Below are positions 48,394-57,154 of a stretch of 64,000 bases of DNA, piece after piece; position 1 is the stretch's first letter; each line of letters starts with the position of its first letter. The position numbers and the translations under genes are program-made. This stretch comes from Candidatus Gottesmanbacteria bacterium GW2011_GWA2_43_14. GTDB lineage: Bacteria > Patescibacteriota > Microgenomatia > 2-02-FULL-39-11. The notes under the pieces were generated by a model. It ran no database searches and had not been told where the DNA came from. It saw only the letters and a program-made list of their open reading frames with translations. Where the stretch lies: positions 13,429 to 77,428 of the forward strand of contig LCFP01000004.1 in the NCBI GenBank assembly GCA_000999095.1. The letters run 5' to 3'.

Positions 48394-48950
48394 ATATTGC
48401 AATTCTTGGCGGACGATTCGATCCGCCCCACATCTGGCATTTTTGGATAGCCGAGCAGGTCCTGGAGAATGTTAAAGGCATAGACCAGGTATGGTACATG
48501 CCGGATTTTCAAAACGCATTCAAGCCGATTGTTGCCGTCCCGCATCAGCGCGCCGAAATGCTGCATTATCTGGAAACTGGCAGGATCAAACTTTCGACTA
48601 TTGCATTATCCAAGGAAACGGTCACCTATACGGTTTCCGTGGTCGGTGATCTGATTAAAGATCGGGCCAACCGCTATTTTTGGATTGTCGGATCAGATAT
48701 TACCAATGAGTTTTCCCGCTGGAGGGATTACCATAAACTGTCTCGGATGATAACTTTTTTGGTGATTCCCCGGAAAGATTATCCGATCAAGAATTTGCCC
48801 TCCGGATTTCAAAGGGTCGAGGGCAACCTGATGCTTTCAAATGTTTCCTCAACTATCATCAGGGACAGGATAAAACAGGGGAAAACCGTCAGCGGCCTGG
48901 TCTTTCCCGAGGTGGAAAATTATATCAGGAAAAACAATTTATACCGATAA
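48390..48950 (+). CDS. nadD: Nicotinate-nucleotide adenylyltransferase
   Basis: LGGRFDPPHIWH, TYT, WIVGSD...F.RW, VSSTIIRDRI..GK; adjacent to nadE. Confidence 0.85.
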   Translation: MNIAILGGRFDPPHIWHFWIAEQVLENVKGIDQVWYMPDFQNAFKPIVAVPHQRAEMLHYLETGRIKLSTIALSKETVTYTVSVVGDLIKDRANRYFWIVGSDITNEFSRWRDYHKLSRMITFLVIPRKDYPIKNLPSGFQRVEGNLMLSNVSSTIIRDRIKQGKTVSGLVFPEVENYIRKNNLYR

Positions 48951-48951
48951 G

Positions 48952-49740
48952 ATGGTTGATTTATCAATTAATTCCGAAAAAGCAGGCTCGCAAATAATTG
49001 AATTTCTTAAAAAAACCTTTAAAGAAGCGGGTTTTACCAAAGCCGTCCTGGGAGTTTCCGGGGGTGTTGATTCGGCGCTAGTTTTGTTTCTGGCAGCCAG
49101 AGCTTTGGGAGAGAAGAATGTCCTACCCGTGATGCTGTCTTATGCCGGTTTAAACTCAAAAGGTTTTAAAAATGCGGAATTGGCGATACGGAAAGCCGGA
49201 ATTGCCCAGGAAAACGCCAAGATTATTGATATTAAAGAAGCCGTTGAGGCTGTTGTCAAAACAGACCTCCGGATGGATGAACTGAGGAAAGGCAATATCA
49301 TGGTCAGACTGCGCATGATACATCTTTATGATCTGGCCAAAAAGCACCGCGCCCTGGTATTGGGCACGGAAAACCGCACGGAATATTTGCTGGGCTATTT
49401 TACCCGATTTGGCGACGAGGCTTCGGATGTAGAACCGATCCGGCATTTATATAAGACCCAGGTAAAACAGCTGGCAGAGTATTTGGGAGTTCCAAAGGAA
49501 ATAGTAAACCAGGAGCCTACAGCCGGTATGTGGCCCGGTCAGACAGACGAAGGCGAGTTCGGTTTCAGCTATTCGGACGCTGATAAGATTTTATTACTTT
49601 ATGCAGATCAGGAAAAGACTAAAAAAGAGATTTCGGCATTAGGTTTTAATAATCATACCGTTGATAAAGTCATTGCCCGACTGACTGGCAATTCCTTTAA
49701 ACATAGATTGCCTTATATTTTTAGAGAAAAACGATTATAA
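48952..49740 (+). CDS. nadE: NH3-dependent NAD+ synthetase
   Basis: GVSGGVDSA, GNIMVRLRM, GTENRTE..LGYFTRFGD, LYKTQV, PTAGMWPGQTDE, SFKH. Confidence 0.95.
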   Translation: MVDLSINSEKAGSQIIEFLKKTFKEAGFTKAVLGVSGGVDSALVLFLAARALGEKNVLPVMLSYAGLNSKGFKNAELAIRKAGIAQENAKIIDIKEAVEAVVKTDLRMDELRKGNIMVRLRMIHLYDLAKKHRALVLGTENRTEYLLGYFTRFGDEASDVEPIRHLYKTQVKQLAEYLGVPKEIVNQEPTAGMWPGQTDEGEFGFSYSDADKILLLYADQEKTKKEISALGFNNHTVDKVIARLTGNSFKHRLPYIFREKRL

Positions 49741-49747
49741 TCATATT

Positions 49748-51136
49748 ATGGCAGTACAATTGAATTATATTGCTCCTCCCGGCTGGCAGCCTCCCAATCC
49801 CGATCAGGATTATCTCCTTATCCAATTCAAAATCGAGCTGGCTGATTTTGTTGACAAAAAAATGTTTCCGGATGCAACCGCCTCGGTGGCCGCGGAATCC
49901 TCAACCGGTACCTGGACCAAAGTCGATGAGGGACCGGAGTCGGGGATCAAAATGGCCGATGAAATGAAAGCCATTGTCTATGAGATAGATGAAGCCAACA
50001 TGATGTTCCGGGTGGCCTATAAAACGGATCTGTTTGAAACTGACAATATGTCCGGTTTCCTGGCAGGACCGGCGGGCAATATCGGCGGCATGAAAATGGT
50101 CAAAGGCCTGAGAATGTTTGATATCCGTTTCCCGGAAAAAATGGTCAAAGCTTTCCCCGGGCCGAGGTACGGCATTGAAGGAGTCAGGGATTTATTGGAT
50201 CAGGATGAAGCGCAAAGAAAATTACCGATTATAGGTACCGTGCCCAAGCCGAAAGTCGGCAGGACTGCCCAGGAGCAGGCAGTTCTGGCCAGAAGACTAT
50301 GGACGGCTGGCGACGGCAGCTACGATTTTATCAAAGATGATGAAAATCTGACCAGTCTGTTTTTCAATAAATTTGAGGACAGGGCCAGACTCGTCCACCA
50401 AGTGCAAAAGGAACTGGAGGAAAAGGGAGGCAAAAAGAAACTATATTTATGCAATCTCAGCCATTCCAATATCGATACTATGCTTAAACGAGCTGACCTG
50501 ATCAAAGAGACAGGCGGCCGCTGCATGATGATCGACGTGATCGCTACCGGTTTTGCCGCCGTGCATTCAATGAGGCTTAAAAATCCGGAGCTTATCATCC
50601 ATGCCCACCGGGCTATGCATGCCTTTATCACCCGGGAGTCTGGAAGCGGCATCACCGGAAAAGGACCGTTAAACGGTTTTTCCGTATCCATGCTGACACT
50701 GGCCAAGATCTTCCGGTTATTAGGGGTCGATTCCCTACATACCGGCTCGCCTAAAGCCAAAATGGAAGATTACGGAGAAAGCGAAGAGATTATGCGGAAT
50801 CTGACTCAGGACGAGGTTTCTCCAAGCGAAAAATTCCACACTTTAGGCCAGAAATGGTTCGGTACCAAAAAAGTCTGGCCGGTTGCTTCCGGTGGTTTGC
50901 ATCCGGGAGTCATGGACACGGTCGTCAGTAAGATGGGCCATGACTGTTATGTACAGATGGGCGGAGGGGTTTTAGGCCATCCACAGGGTGTGGAAAGGGG
51001 TGTGGAAGCTGCCCTTGAAGCAAGAAGAGCTATTATAAACGGGCAAACAGTTCAAGAGTATGTGGAGCAGAACCCCGATTCCGCTTTAGCCGCCGCCGTC
51101 GGCCTCTGGGGCACCGAACCCAAGCTTGTTTATTGA
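49748..51136 (+). CDS. rbcL: Ribulose-1,5-bisphosphate carboxylase large subunit, form III-related
   Basis: AESSTGTW, GN, KPK, DFIKDDE, HAHRAMH, LHTG...KME, SGGLHP, GGGVLGHP; catalytic residues retained; no small subunit nearby. Confidence 0.92.
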   Translation: MAVQLNYIAPPGWQPPNPDQDYLLIQFKIELADFVDKKMFPDATASVAAESSTGTWTKVDEGPESGIKMADEMKAIVYEIDEANMMFRVAYKTDLFETDNMSGFLAGPAGNIGGMKMVKGLRMFDIRFPEKMVKAFPGPRYGIEGVRDLLDQDEAQRKLPIIGTVPKPKVGRTAQEQAVLARRLWTAGDGSYDFIKDDENLTSLFFNKFEDRARLVHQVQKELEEKGGKKKLYLCNLSHSNIDTMLKRADLIKETGGRCMMIDVIATGFAAVHSMRLKNPELIIHAHRAMHAFITRESGSGITGKGPLNGFSVSMLTLAKIFRLLGVDSLHTGSPKAKMEDYGESEEIMRNLTQDEVSPSEKFHTLGQKWFGTKKVWPVASGGLHPGVMDTVVSKMGHDCYVQMGGGVLGHPQGVERGVEAALEARRAIINGQTVQEYVEQNPDSALAAAVGLWGTEPKLVY

Positions 51137-51180
51137 CAGCCTCCTCTTAAGAAAATACAACAGTTGTTATAATGTTACCC

Positions 51181-51987
51181 ATGGATAATAAAGAGAAGCT
51201 TGTTAAAAAAGCCCGAAATTACTTACTGGATCTTCTACCAAGCGCAGGACAAATTGCCAGAAGATATCTCCACGCGGAAGAGTTGCCCAGCAAGAAAAAA
51301 GGAGAGCATGATTTTGTGACTGCTGCTGATCTGGCGGTTGACGATTTTCTGCAGAAGCATTTAAAAAAAGATTTTCCTGAAATTCCGATTTTAACGGAGG
51401 AAACGGTAGACCGTGATTTGTCTGAATATTACGATGAAGAATATTTATTTATAATTGACCCTTTAGACGGGACCTCGAATTTCGCCAGGGGAGATGATAA
51501 TTTCTCAATCAGTGTCGCTCTTGTAGAAAGGGGAGAGCCTCTGCTGGGTGTCATATTTTCACCCATATCAAGCCGACTTTTTTGGACCACTTACCGTGAC
51601 AGGAAAGCTTTTTGGAACGGCAGGAGTATAAGTGTTTCGGATATCAGGGTATTGGATAAAGCGGTTGTCTGTACAGACTGGTCCCATTTACTGGAAACCA
51701 GGGACCGGACAACCCATTTTTTAAGGAAAGTGTATGGCCATGTCAGACAAATTAAGATTTTGGGCAGCGCGGCCACAGATATAACCCTTTTGGCCAGAGG
51801 GGGAGTGGATATTTATCATCATGTCCGGTTGTTTCCCTGGGATGTAGCTGCTGCCGGACTTATTGCCCAAAAAGCCGGAGCCAAAGTAACGGATATAAAG
51901 GGAAACACATGGAATGTTTTTTCAGAAGGAATAATTGCCGCTAATCCCAATTTATTTGATAAGCTATTTGAGTTGATTAAAGATTAG
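51181..51987 (+). CDS. Inositol monophosphatase/FBPase (FIG) family phosphatase (start probably 51181)
   Basis: DFVTAAD, TEE, IIDPLDGTSNF, GSAA, WDVAA; TGtTATAAT ends 7 nt before ATG 51181. Confidence 0.88.
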   Translation: MDNKEKLVKKARNYLLDLLPSAGQIARRYLHAEELPSKKKGEHDFVTAADLAVDDFLQKHLKKDFPEIPILTEETVDRDLSEYYDEEYLFIIDPLDGTSNFARGDDNFSISVALVERGEPLLGVIFSPISSRLFWTTYRDRKAFWNGRSISVSDIRVLDKAVVCTDWSHLLETRDRTTHFLRKVYGHVRQIKILGSAATDITLLARGGVDIYHHVRLFPWDVAAAGLIAQKAGAKVTDIKGNTWNVFSEGIIAANPNLFDKLFELIKD

Positions 51988-51994
51988 GAGAAGT

Positions 51995-52870
51995 TTATTT
52001 TCTGGCTCCGGGACTTCCGTCTTCTAACGGTTGATAGCCGTTTGAACCGATCATTTCCTGGCCCGGCATGACAAATCCTTCCGGATGGTGTCCATTTCTG
52101 TTAAATTGATGATGTATTTCTGACCAACCATCCGTTGCGACCATTCTCGCACCATGATCAAATAGTTTTTGAATAGTGTGAGGGGTGCAATCTACCGGCA
52201 CGCCCCAAACAAATGCTCCAGCTTTATGAGCCGATTCGACTCCGACGGGAGAATCTTCGAATACTACAGTATCGGTGGGTCGAATACCAATCGCTTCAGC
52301 TGTTAATTCATATATAAAAGGATCAGGCTTTGGTTTATCACCGGCTCTTTCTCTTAAGACAATCAAATGACCGCTATGATCGTTAAAAAAAGGCCATAAT
52401 TTTGATCTTTCCAATATCTCTCGCGCTTCTTCAAAATCAGTATTAGAAGCGATTGCAATAGGAATTTTATGACCTTTAAGAGTTTCCAAAAATGGTACCA
52501 AATATTCCCGCGGTTGAAGATCGGCATTAGCGACTAGCTGGCGATATATTAATGTGTCCAAGTCCATCATTTTTTTGGGGGTCATCCTTCCATTCCCTCG
52601 GTAGGCCAACTGTTCCATGATAGCCTTGCCTGGTCCTCCATAAAAATTGGGAGAAATTTCAGATACAGATTGGGGATCAGATAAATCCAGCCTCACGCCG
52701 ACTTGTGCGGCGACCTGTCGATGGGCCTCATGTCTTACCGGATCAGTGTCAACGCCGGTTCCCTCCAAGTCAAAAATAAAAGCACCAAAATCTCTAGATC
52801 CGATTCTAGCGCTACCTTCGCGTAAAGTAAACTCTGGTGTATAGTTGTTATGTTGATATAACGGTGTCAT
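51995..52870 (-). CDS. HAD-superfamily sugar phosphatase (beta-PGM/CbbY-like)
   Basis: FDLEGTGVDT, IASN, KPKPDPFIY, VFEDSPVGVESAHKAG. Confidence 0.8.
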   Translation of the reverse strand: MTPLYQHNNYTPEFTLREGSARIGSRDFGAFIFDLEGTGVDTDPVRHEAHRQVAAQVGVRLDLSDPQSVSEISPNFYGGPGKAIMEQLAYRGNGRMTPKKMMDLDTLIYRQLVANADLQPREYLVPFLETLKGHKIPIAIASNTDFEEAREILERSKLWPFFNDHSGHLIVLRERAGDKPKPDPFIYELTAEAIGIRPTDTVVFEDSPVGVESAHKAGAFVWGVPVDCTPHTIQKLFDHGARMVATDGWSEIHHQFNRNGHHPEGFVMPGQEMIGSNGYQPLEDGSPGARK

Positions 52871-52980
52871 ATAATTTCATACTCTTTAAAAATCATACTA
52901 TATCATACAAAGATTAGTTGTCAAATATGAAAAAAAGACTGATATGATTTAAAGTAAAAGTGAAGTAAAAAAGTTTTGTG

Positions 52981-53940
52981 TCAATCCATTATTAACGCGG
53001 CAGCACCGACAACCCCGACATTTTCACGGAATTTTGCCGGTACAACCTCCAGCGTTTGGTCCATGGCTCTGGCTTTGACTACTTTCCTGACTGTGGTAAA
53101 CATCAGGTCGCCTGCATGACTGAGTCCTCCTCCCAGGACTACCCGACCCGGATTAAGGATATTGGCAGCTGAGGCAATGCCTATTCCTAACCAGGTCATG
53201 GCTTCGTTCCAAATGGATTTCGCTAACAGATCACCTTTTTGAGCGGCATCTGCAACGGTTTTTGATGTCAATTCTTCCATGGGCAGGTCATTTAAAATAC
53301 TGATTTTATACTCTGAAGGTTTTGGTTTAGGTATTGGCTGTTTCAGTCTTTCACGTGCAGTTCTGGCGATTGACAGTCCTGAGGAAAGTGCTTCCAGGCA
53401 TCCGCGACGGCCGCAGGGACACAAAGGACCGTCAGGCTTAAGTGTCATATGGCCGACCTCACCGGCCCAGGAATGTTCACCGCGGTGGAGTTTGCCGTTA
53501 ATGATCACTCCGCCGCCTATGCCTGTGGAGACAGTGAAATAAAGCATGTTTTTAACTCCCTGACCGGCCCCGAAACGATATTCACCAAGAGCAGCTGCAT
53601 CTGCATCATGCCCGATTCGAGTCGGGAATTTAAATGTTTTTTCAATTGTTTCAGCCAGGGGAAAGCCTTCCCAGCCGGAAACATGCATGGAAAAACGGGG
53701 GACGCGCCCGTTAGCTTCAACCGGACCGTCAAAACTGACTCCGATGCCTTTTAATGATCTGTTTTGGTAAGTTTTTACAAGATCAGATGCCATAGAGAGC
53801 ATAGCTTTAAGGCTTTTGTCAGCCATTCTTTCGTTCGGGGTGTCGCAGCGTAAAGACCGAAGAATCCGGCCGTCTTGCGGATCGACCAGACCGGCTGCTA
53901 ATTTAGTCCCGCCAAAATCAAGACCTAATACAGGCTTCAT
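52981..53940 (-). CDS. ROK family sugar kinase
   Basis: GLDFGGTK, HDADAAALGE..FGAG, STGIGGG, GEVGH, CPCGRRGCLE. Confidence 0.92.
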   Translation of the reverse strand: MKPVLGLDFGGTKLAAGLVDPQDGRILRSLRCDTPNERMADKSLKAMLSMASDLVKTYQNRSLKGIGVSFDGPVEANGRVPRFSMHVSGWEGFPLAETIEKTFKFPTRIGHDADAAALGEYRFGAGQGVKNMLYFTVSTGIGGGVIINGKLHRGEHSWAGEVGHMTLKPDGPLCPCGRRGCLEALSSGLSIARTARERLKQPIPKPKPSEYKISILNDLPMEELTSKTVADAAQKGDLLAKSIWNEAMTWLGIGIASAANILNPGRVVLGGGLSHAGDLMFTTVRKVVKARAMDQTLEVVPAKFRENVGVVGAAALIMD

Positions 53941-53943
53941 GAC

Positions 53944-55248
53944 TTAACCTGACTTACTTGACTTTTTAACTCTGCGTCTGAATTCTTCAAGGAGAGCATG
54001 CATCCAAAAATCAATATAGACGCCATTTTCAGGATCTGCTAACAAACCTTTTTCTTTCCCAGGATTTTTTATCACTATATCAGCTTTGTTAATCAAACCC
54101 GTTTCTCCTGATGTAAAACCCAACACTTTTGTTCCATGTCTTTTGGCTTCATCAACGACATTGAGTATTTGCGGGGAGTTGCCATTGGCTGAATAGATAA
54201 AAATAATATCATTATCTCCGGGTTTATAAGTGCGAAACCTATCTGAGTAAATTTCTCGAGCGCCATTATTTAGACGCATGGTCATTGCCGGAATACTGTC
54301 GGTCAGCGAAAAAGCTTTTGATGGCTTTGCACCTTCAATTTCAACGGTTGGCCGTTTACCAGCATCGGCGCCGTAATGATTGCTTAAAGCGGAACTGCTC
54401 TCATCTCCCACAAACATAACACGTCCACCGCTACTGTATGCATTCATATACAATTGAGTAATATGCGCCAATGCGCGGATAAATTTTTCATTTTTCAGCA
54501 TTTCCTCAATCGTGTTTTTAATGGCGATCAGAGTCGGTATGGCTATAGAAAGTTTAAGATCAAGTGAAGCATCAGTCTCAGGCGGTTTTATCAGGTTTTG
54601 CCGGGTTTGTTTGGTCAGGGAAAACATTAATGCGCTGGCTATCGCCTCATACTCTCCCATATGGGGGCCTTGAATATCTTTCTGAGATGTGGCTTCTTCT
54701 TCTGGTATCAATGCACGCAAATCATCCCCGGGAATTGTCAGGATCACATTTGCTTCTTCGGCTAAGCCTTTATCCCCGAATGTCATGCCGATGACATTCG
54801 CCCCCTTTTCCCTGGCGTATTTAACCGCTTTAACAATATTTGGCGAAGTTCCGCTGCCTGAAAAAGCGATTACCGAATCATTTCCGTTTAGATCCAACAA
54901 TAACATTTGATTATAAAATGTATTCTCGTACCCGTCATCATTTCCAACCATGGTAATGGTTGATGGGTTGTACATTCCCATTGATTGAGGCCCGTCGACG
55001 TTTTCAATTCCCTCGGTCAGCCATTTTGGCAAACCAGCACCGTATTGTTCAGCCACTGCCGCACTGCCGCCATTGCCAATAAGGATAAATCTGCCTCCCT
55101 TATTAGCCGTATTGGTCATATAATTTGCAGCCTCTGCCAATTGTTCCGGTTGAACGTCAATCATACGGCTGAGTGTTTTGGTTGTAGCATCCAAAGTTGA
55201 AATGGCGAGCGCAGGATGAAAATCCTGATGGAGAGTTTCCTGTCTCAT
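53944..55248 (-). CDS. Tandem SIS-domain (GmhA-like) sugar isomerase
   Basis: Domain 1 GNGGS..., ND.GY, SGSGTSPNIV; domain 2 GDESS..., SANGNSPQIL. Confidence 0.78.
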   Translation of the reverse strand: MRQETLHQDFHPALAISTLDATTKTLSRMIDVQPEQLAEAANYMTNTANKGGRFILIGNGGSAAVAEQYGAGLPKWLTEGIENVDGPQSMGMYNPSTITMVGNDDGYENTFYNQMLLLDLNGNDSVIAFSGSGTSPNIVKAVKYAREKGANVIGMTFGDKGLAEEANVILTIPGDDLRALIPEEEATSQKDIQGPHMGEYEAIASALMFSLTKQTRQNLIKPPETDASLDLKLSIAIPTLIAIKNTIEEMLKNEKFIRALAHITQLYMNAYSSGGRVMFVGDESSSALSNHYGADAGKRPTVEIEGAKPSKAFSLTDSIPAMTMRLNNGAREIYSDRFRTYKPGDNDIIFIYSANGNSPQILNVVDEAKRHGTKVLGFTSGETGLINKADIVIKNPGKEKGLLADPENGVYIDFWMHALLEEFRRRVKKSSKSG

Positions 55249-55318
55249 AAGAATTGTATGATATTATCATACGGAAGGAGAAAATTCAAGTAGGAATGAT
55301 AGATTGTCATAAATCTAT

Positions 55319-56161
55319 TTAGCCTGTTGTAACGATCTCGGTTATTTCCTGAAAGCGCTCCTTTACAGTTATTGAAAAAAATTCCGGCCATTTATCTTGA
55401 GGCCGATCAATAAAGTCCTGCCAGAGAGAACGACCGGCCAAGAAACCGGAAGCACCATGAGTAACCGCATTGCGCAGGAAGATTTTAAATGTTTGGAAAT
55501 CAACTCCTTTGGTCAATAATATCCAAGGTGTACCCGACAAAAGATCGGTGATACTTTGACAGGCTTCAGGATTACCGGGATATTCAAGTTTGAAAACGTC
55601 AGGTTTAATGTCATTTTCCAAAAAGACAGTCACAGAATCGATAATGCTGGCAGCTAAATCAAAACCATGACTGTTTAAGGGATAAGTCAATATTTCCAAA
55701 AAAAGCGGCAGGGAATTTTGCCGGCATTCTTCTAATAATTTCTTAGTCAATCGCAATTGTAATCCAGCAGTCGCGGCTTGGGGATGGAAATATAAAAGAA
55801 TTTTTACTCCTTTGGCTCCCTGTTTTTTTAAAAATTCAACACTATATTCCAGTTCGGTAACCCGACCTCCATTTTCTTTCCTGTAACCTGATTTCTCGAT
55901 GGCCAAAAGATAAGGTTTGGCCAAAATACCTGAATTTCTTTCGGCGGCTTCTTGATAGGCAGGCAAGCCGAACTTAGAATCAAGAAGAATACCGCTGTAT
56001 AATCGATTTAAAGATTCTATCAGTAACCGTTTGATGGTGATGATCTGGTTTTCATTTCCGGCTATATTGCCGGTTTTTAATAATTTTTCAAAACTGCCCC
56101 GATGGTCCAGAGCAAGCATAAGCAGTTTCTTCTGTGATGAAAAAGCGCTGATTTTATTCAT
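55319..56161 (-). CDS. Class I aldolase, LacD/YihT (tagatose-bisphosphate/sulfofructose-phosphate aldolase) family
   Basis: MLALDHRGS, GVKILLYFHP, LFLE, DVFKLEYP, PWILLT, GFLAGRSLW. Confidence 0.85.
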   Translation of the reverse strand: MNKISAFSSQKKLLMLALDHRGSFEKLLKTGNIAGNENQIITIKRLLIESLNRLYSGILLDSKFGLPAYQEAAERNSGILAKPYLLAIEKSGYRKENGGRVTELEYSVEFLKKQGAKGVKILLYFHPQAATAGLQLRLTKKLLEECRQNSLPLFLEILTYPLNSHGFDLAASIIDSVTVFLENDIKPDVFKLEYPGNPEACQSITDLLSGTPWILLTKGVDFQTFKIFLRNAVTHGASGFLAGRSLWQDFIDRPQDKWPEFFSITVKERFQEITEIVTTG

Positions 56162-56247
56162 GTCTGTTATTATATCTTACCGCTTAATGACGGATAAATC
56201 ATAAATTTTGCTATAATTCATTTTATCTCCAGTTCCGAAAATTAATT

Positions 56248-57141
56248 ATGGTTTACGGATGCGGCTCAGTTGTATTGGATGCTTTAATGCTTTCTAATAA
56301 AGGCATACATCTCAATCAGAAAAATTCGGTCAAGCGGCAAAAAATCCAAATCGGGGGTGTCATCCCTTCGGCTTTAATGACTTTATCCAGATTAGGCATA
56401 AAGACCTCGCTTATAGCTTCTGTGGGGAATGATCTGTTCGGTGATGCAGTTGTCAAGTTATTGAAAAAGGAAAAAGTCGATCTCAGATATCTGCTTAAAA
56501 CGGAAGATCATCCGACACCTTTGGCCTTTGTCACTTTAAATGAAATGACAGGAGAAAGAACCAGTTTTTACACGACCGGTGTTTTTTCCGAATTGAGGGA
56601 AGAAGAAATTAAACTTCATCTGGATAATAAGACTAAACTTTTACTGATTGACGGACATAACCTAAATTTGTCGTTGAACCTGGCCAGACAGGCGCAGGGT
56701 GTCAAAGCGAAAGTACTGCTTGACCTCGGCAGTCCGAAAAAGGGGATTGAGGCTTTAATCAGCGCTGCTGATGTAGTGATGGTGCCCAGAGTTTACATTG
56801 AAAGGAGCGGGGGGGGCTTAAAGGATGAAGAAGTAGTCAAAAAATTCTCTTCATTGAAATCAAAAATCGTGGTTTTGACAATGGAAGAAAAAGGCAGTCT
56901 GGTAATTAACGGATCTGAAATATTTTCCCAGCCGGCCTTCAAAGTTAAAGCTGTCGATACCAACGGGGCGGGAGACATTTTTTTCGGAAGTTTCGCTTTC
57001 GGTATGTTAAATAATTGGGATTTGCGCAGTACTACCCGTTTTGCTACAGGGGCGGCTGCTTTAAGCTGCACTAAATTTGGCAAGGAGTTTCCTACCATTG
57101 GAGAAATTGAGGAATTTTTGAATTCGGCCAACGAAGTTTAA
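56248..57141 (+). CDS. PfkB family carbohydrate kinase
   Basis: GG...AL..LSRLG, VGNDLFG, GERT, VDTNGAGDIF.G. Confidence 0.9.
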   Translation: MVYGCGSVVLDALMLSNKGIHLNQKNSVKRQKIQIGGVIPSALMTLSRLGIKTSLIASVGNDLFGDAVVKLLKKEKVDLRYLLKTEDHPTPLAFVTLNEMTGERTSFYTTGVFSELREEEIKLHLDNKTKLLLIDGHNLNLSLNLARQAQGVKAKVLLDLGSPKKGIEALISAADVVMVPRVYIERSGGGLKDEEVVKKFSSLKSKIVVLTMEEKGSLVINGSEIFSQPAFKVKAVDTNGAGDIFFGSFAFGMLNNWDLRSTTRFATGAAALSCTKFGKEFPTIGEIEEFLNSANEV

Positions 57142-57154
57142 GGAAGTTATTTTC

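Noticed and set aside
49748-51136. RuBisCO-like protein (form IV) or Calvin-cycle autotrophy
   Set aside because: The catalytic residue set looks complete, arguing against form IV; no rbcS or prk in the window supports a Calvin cycle
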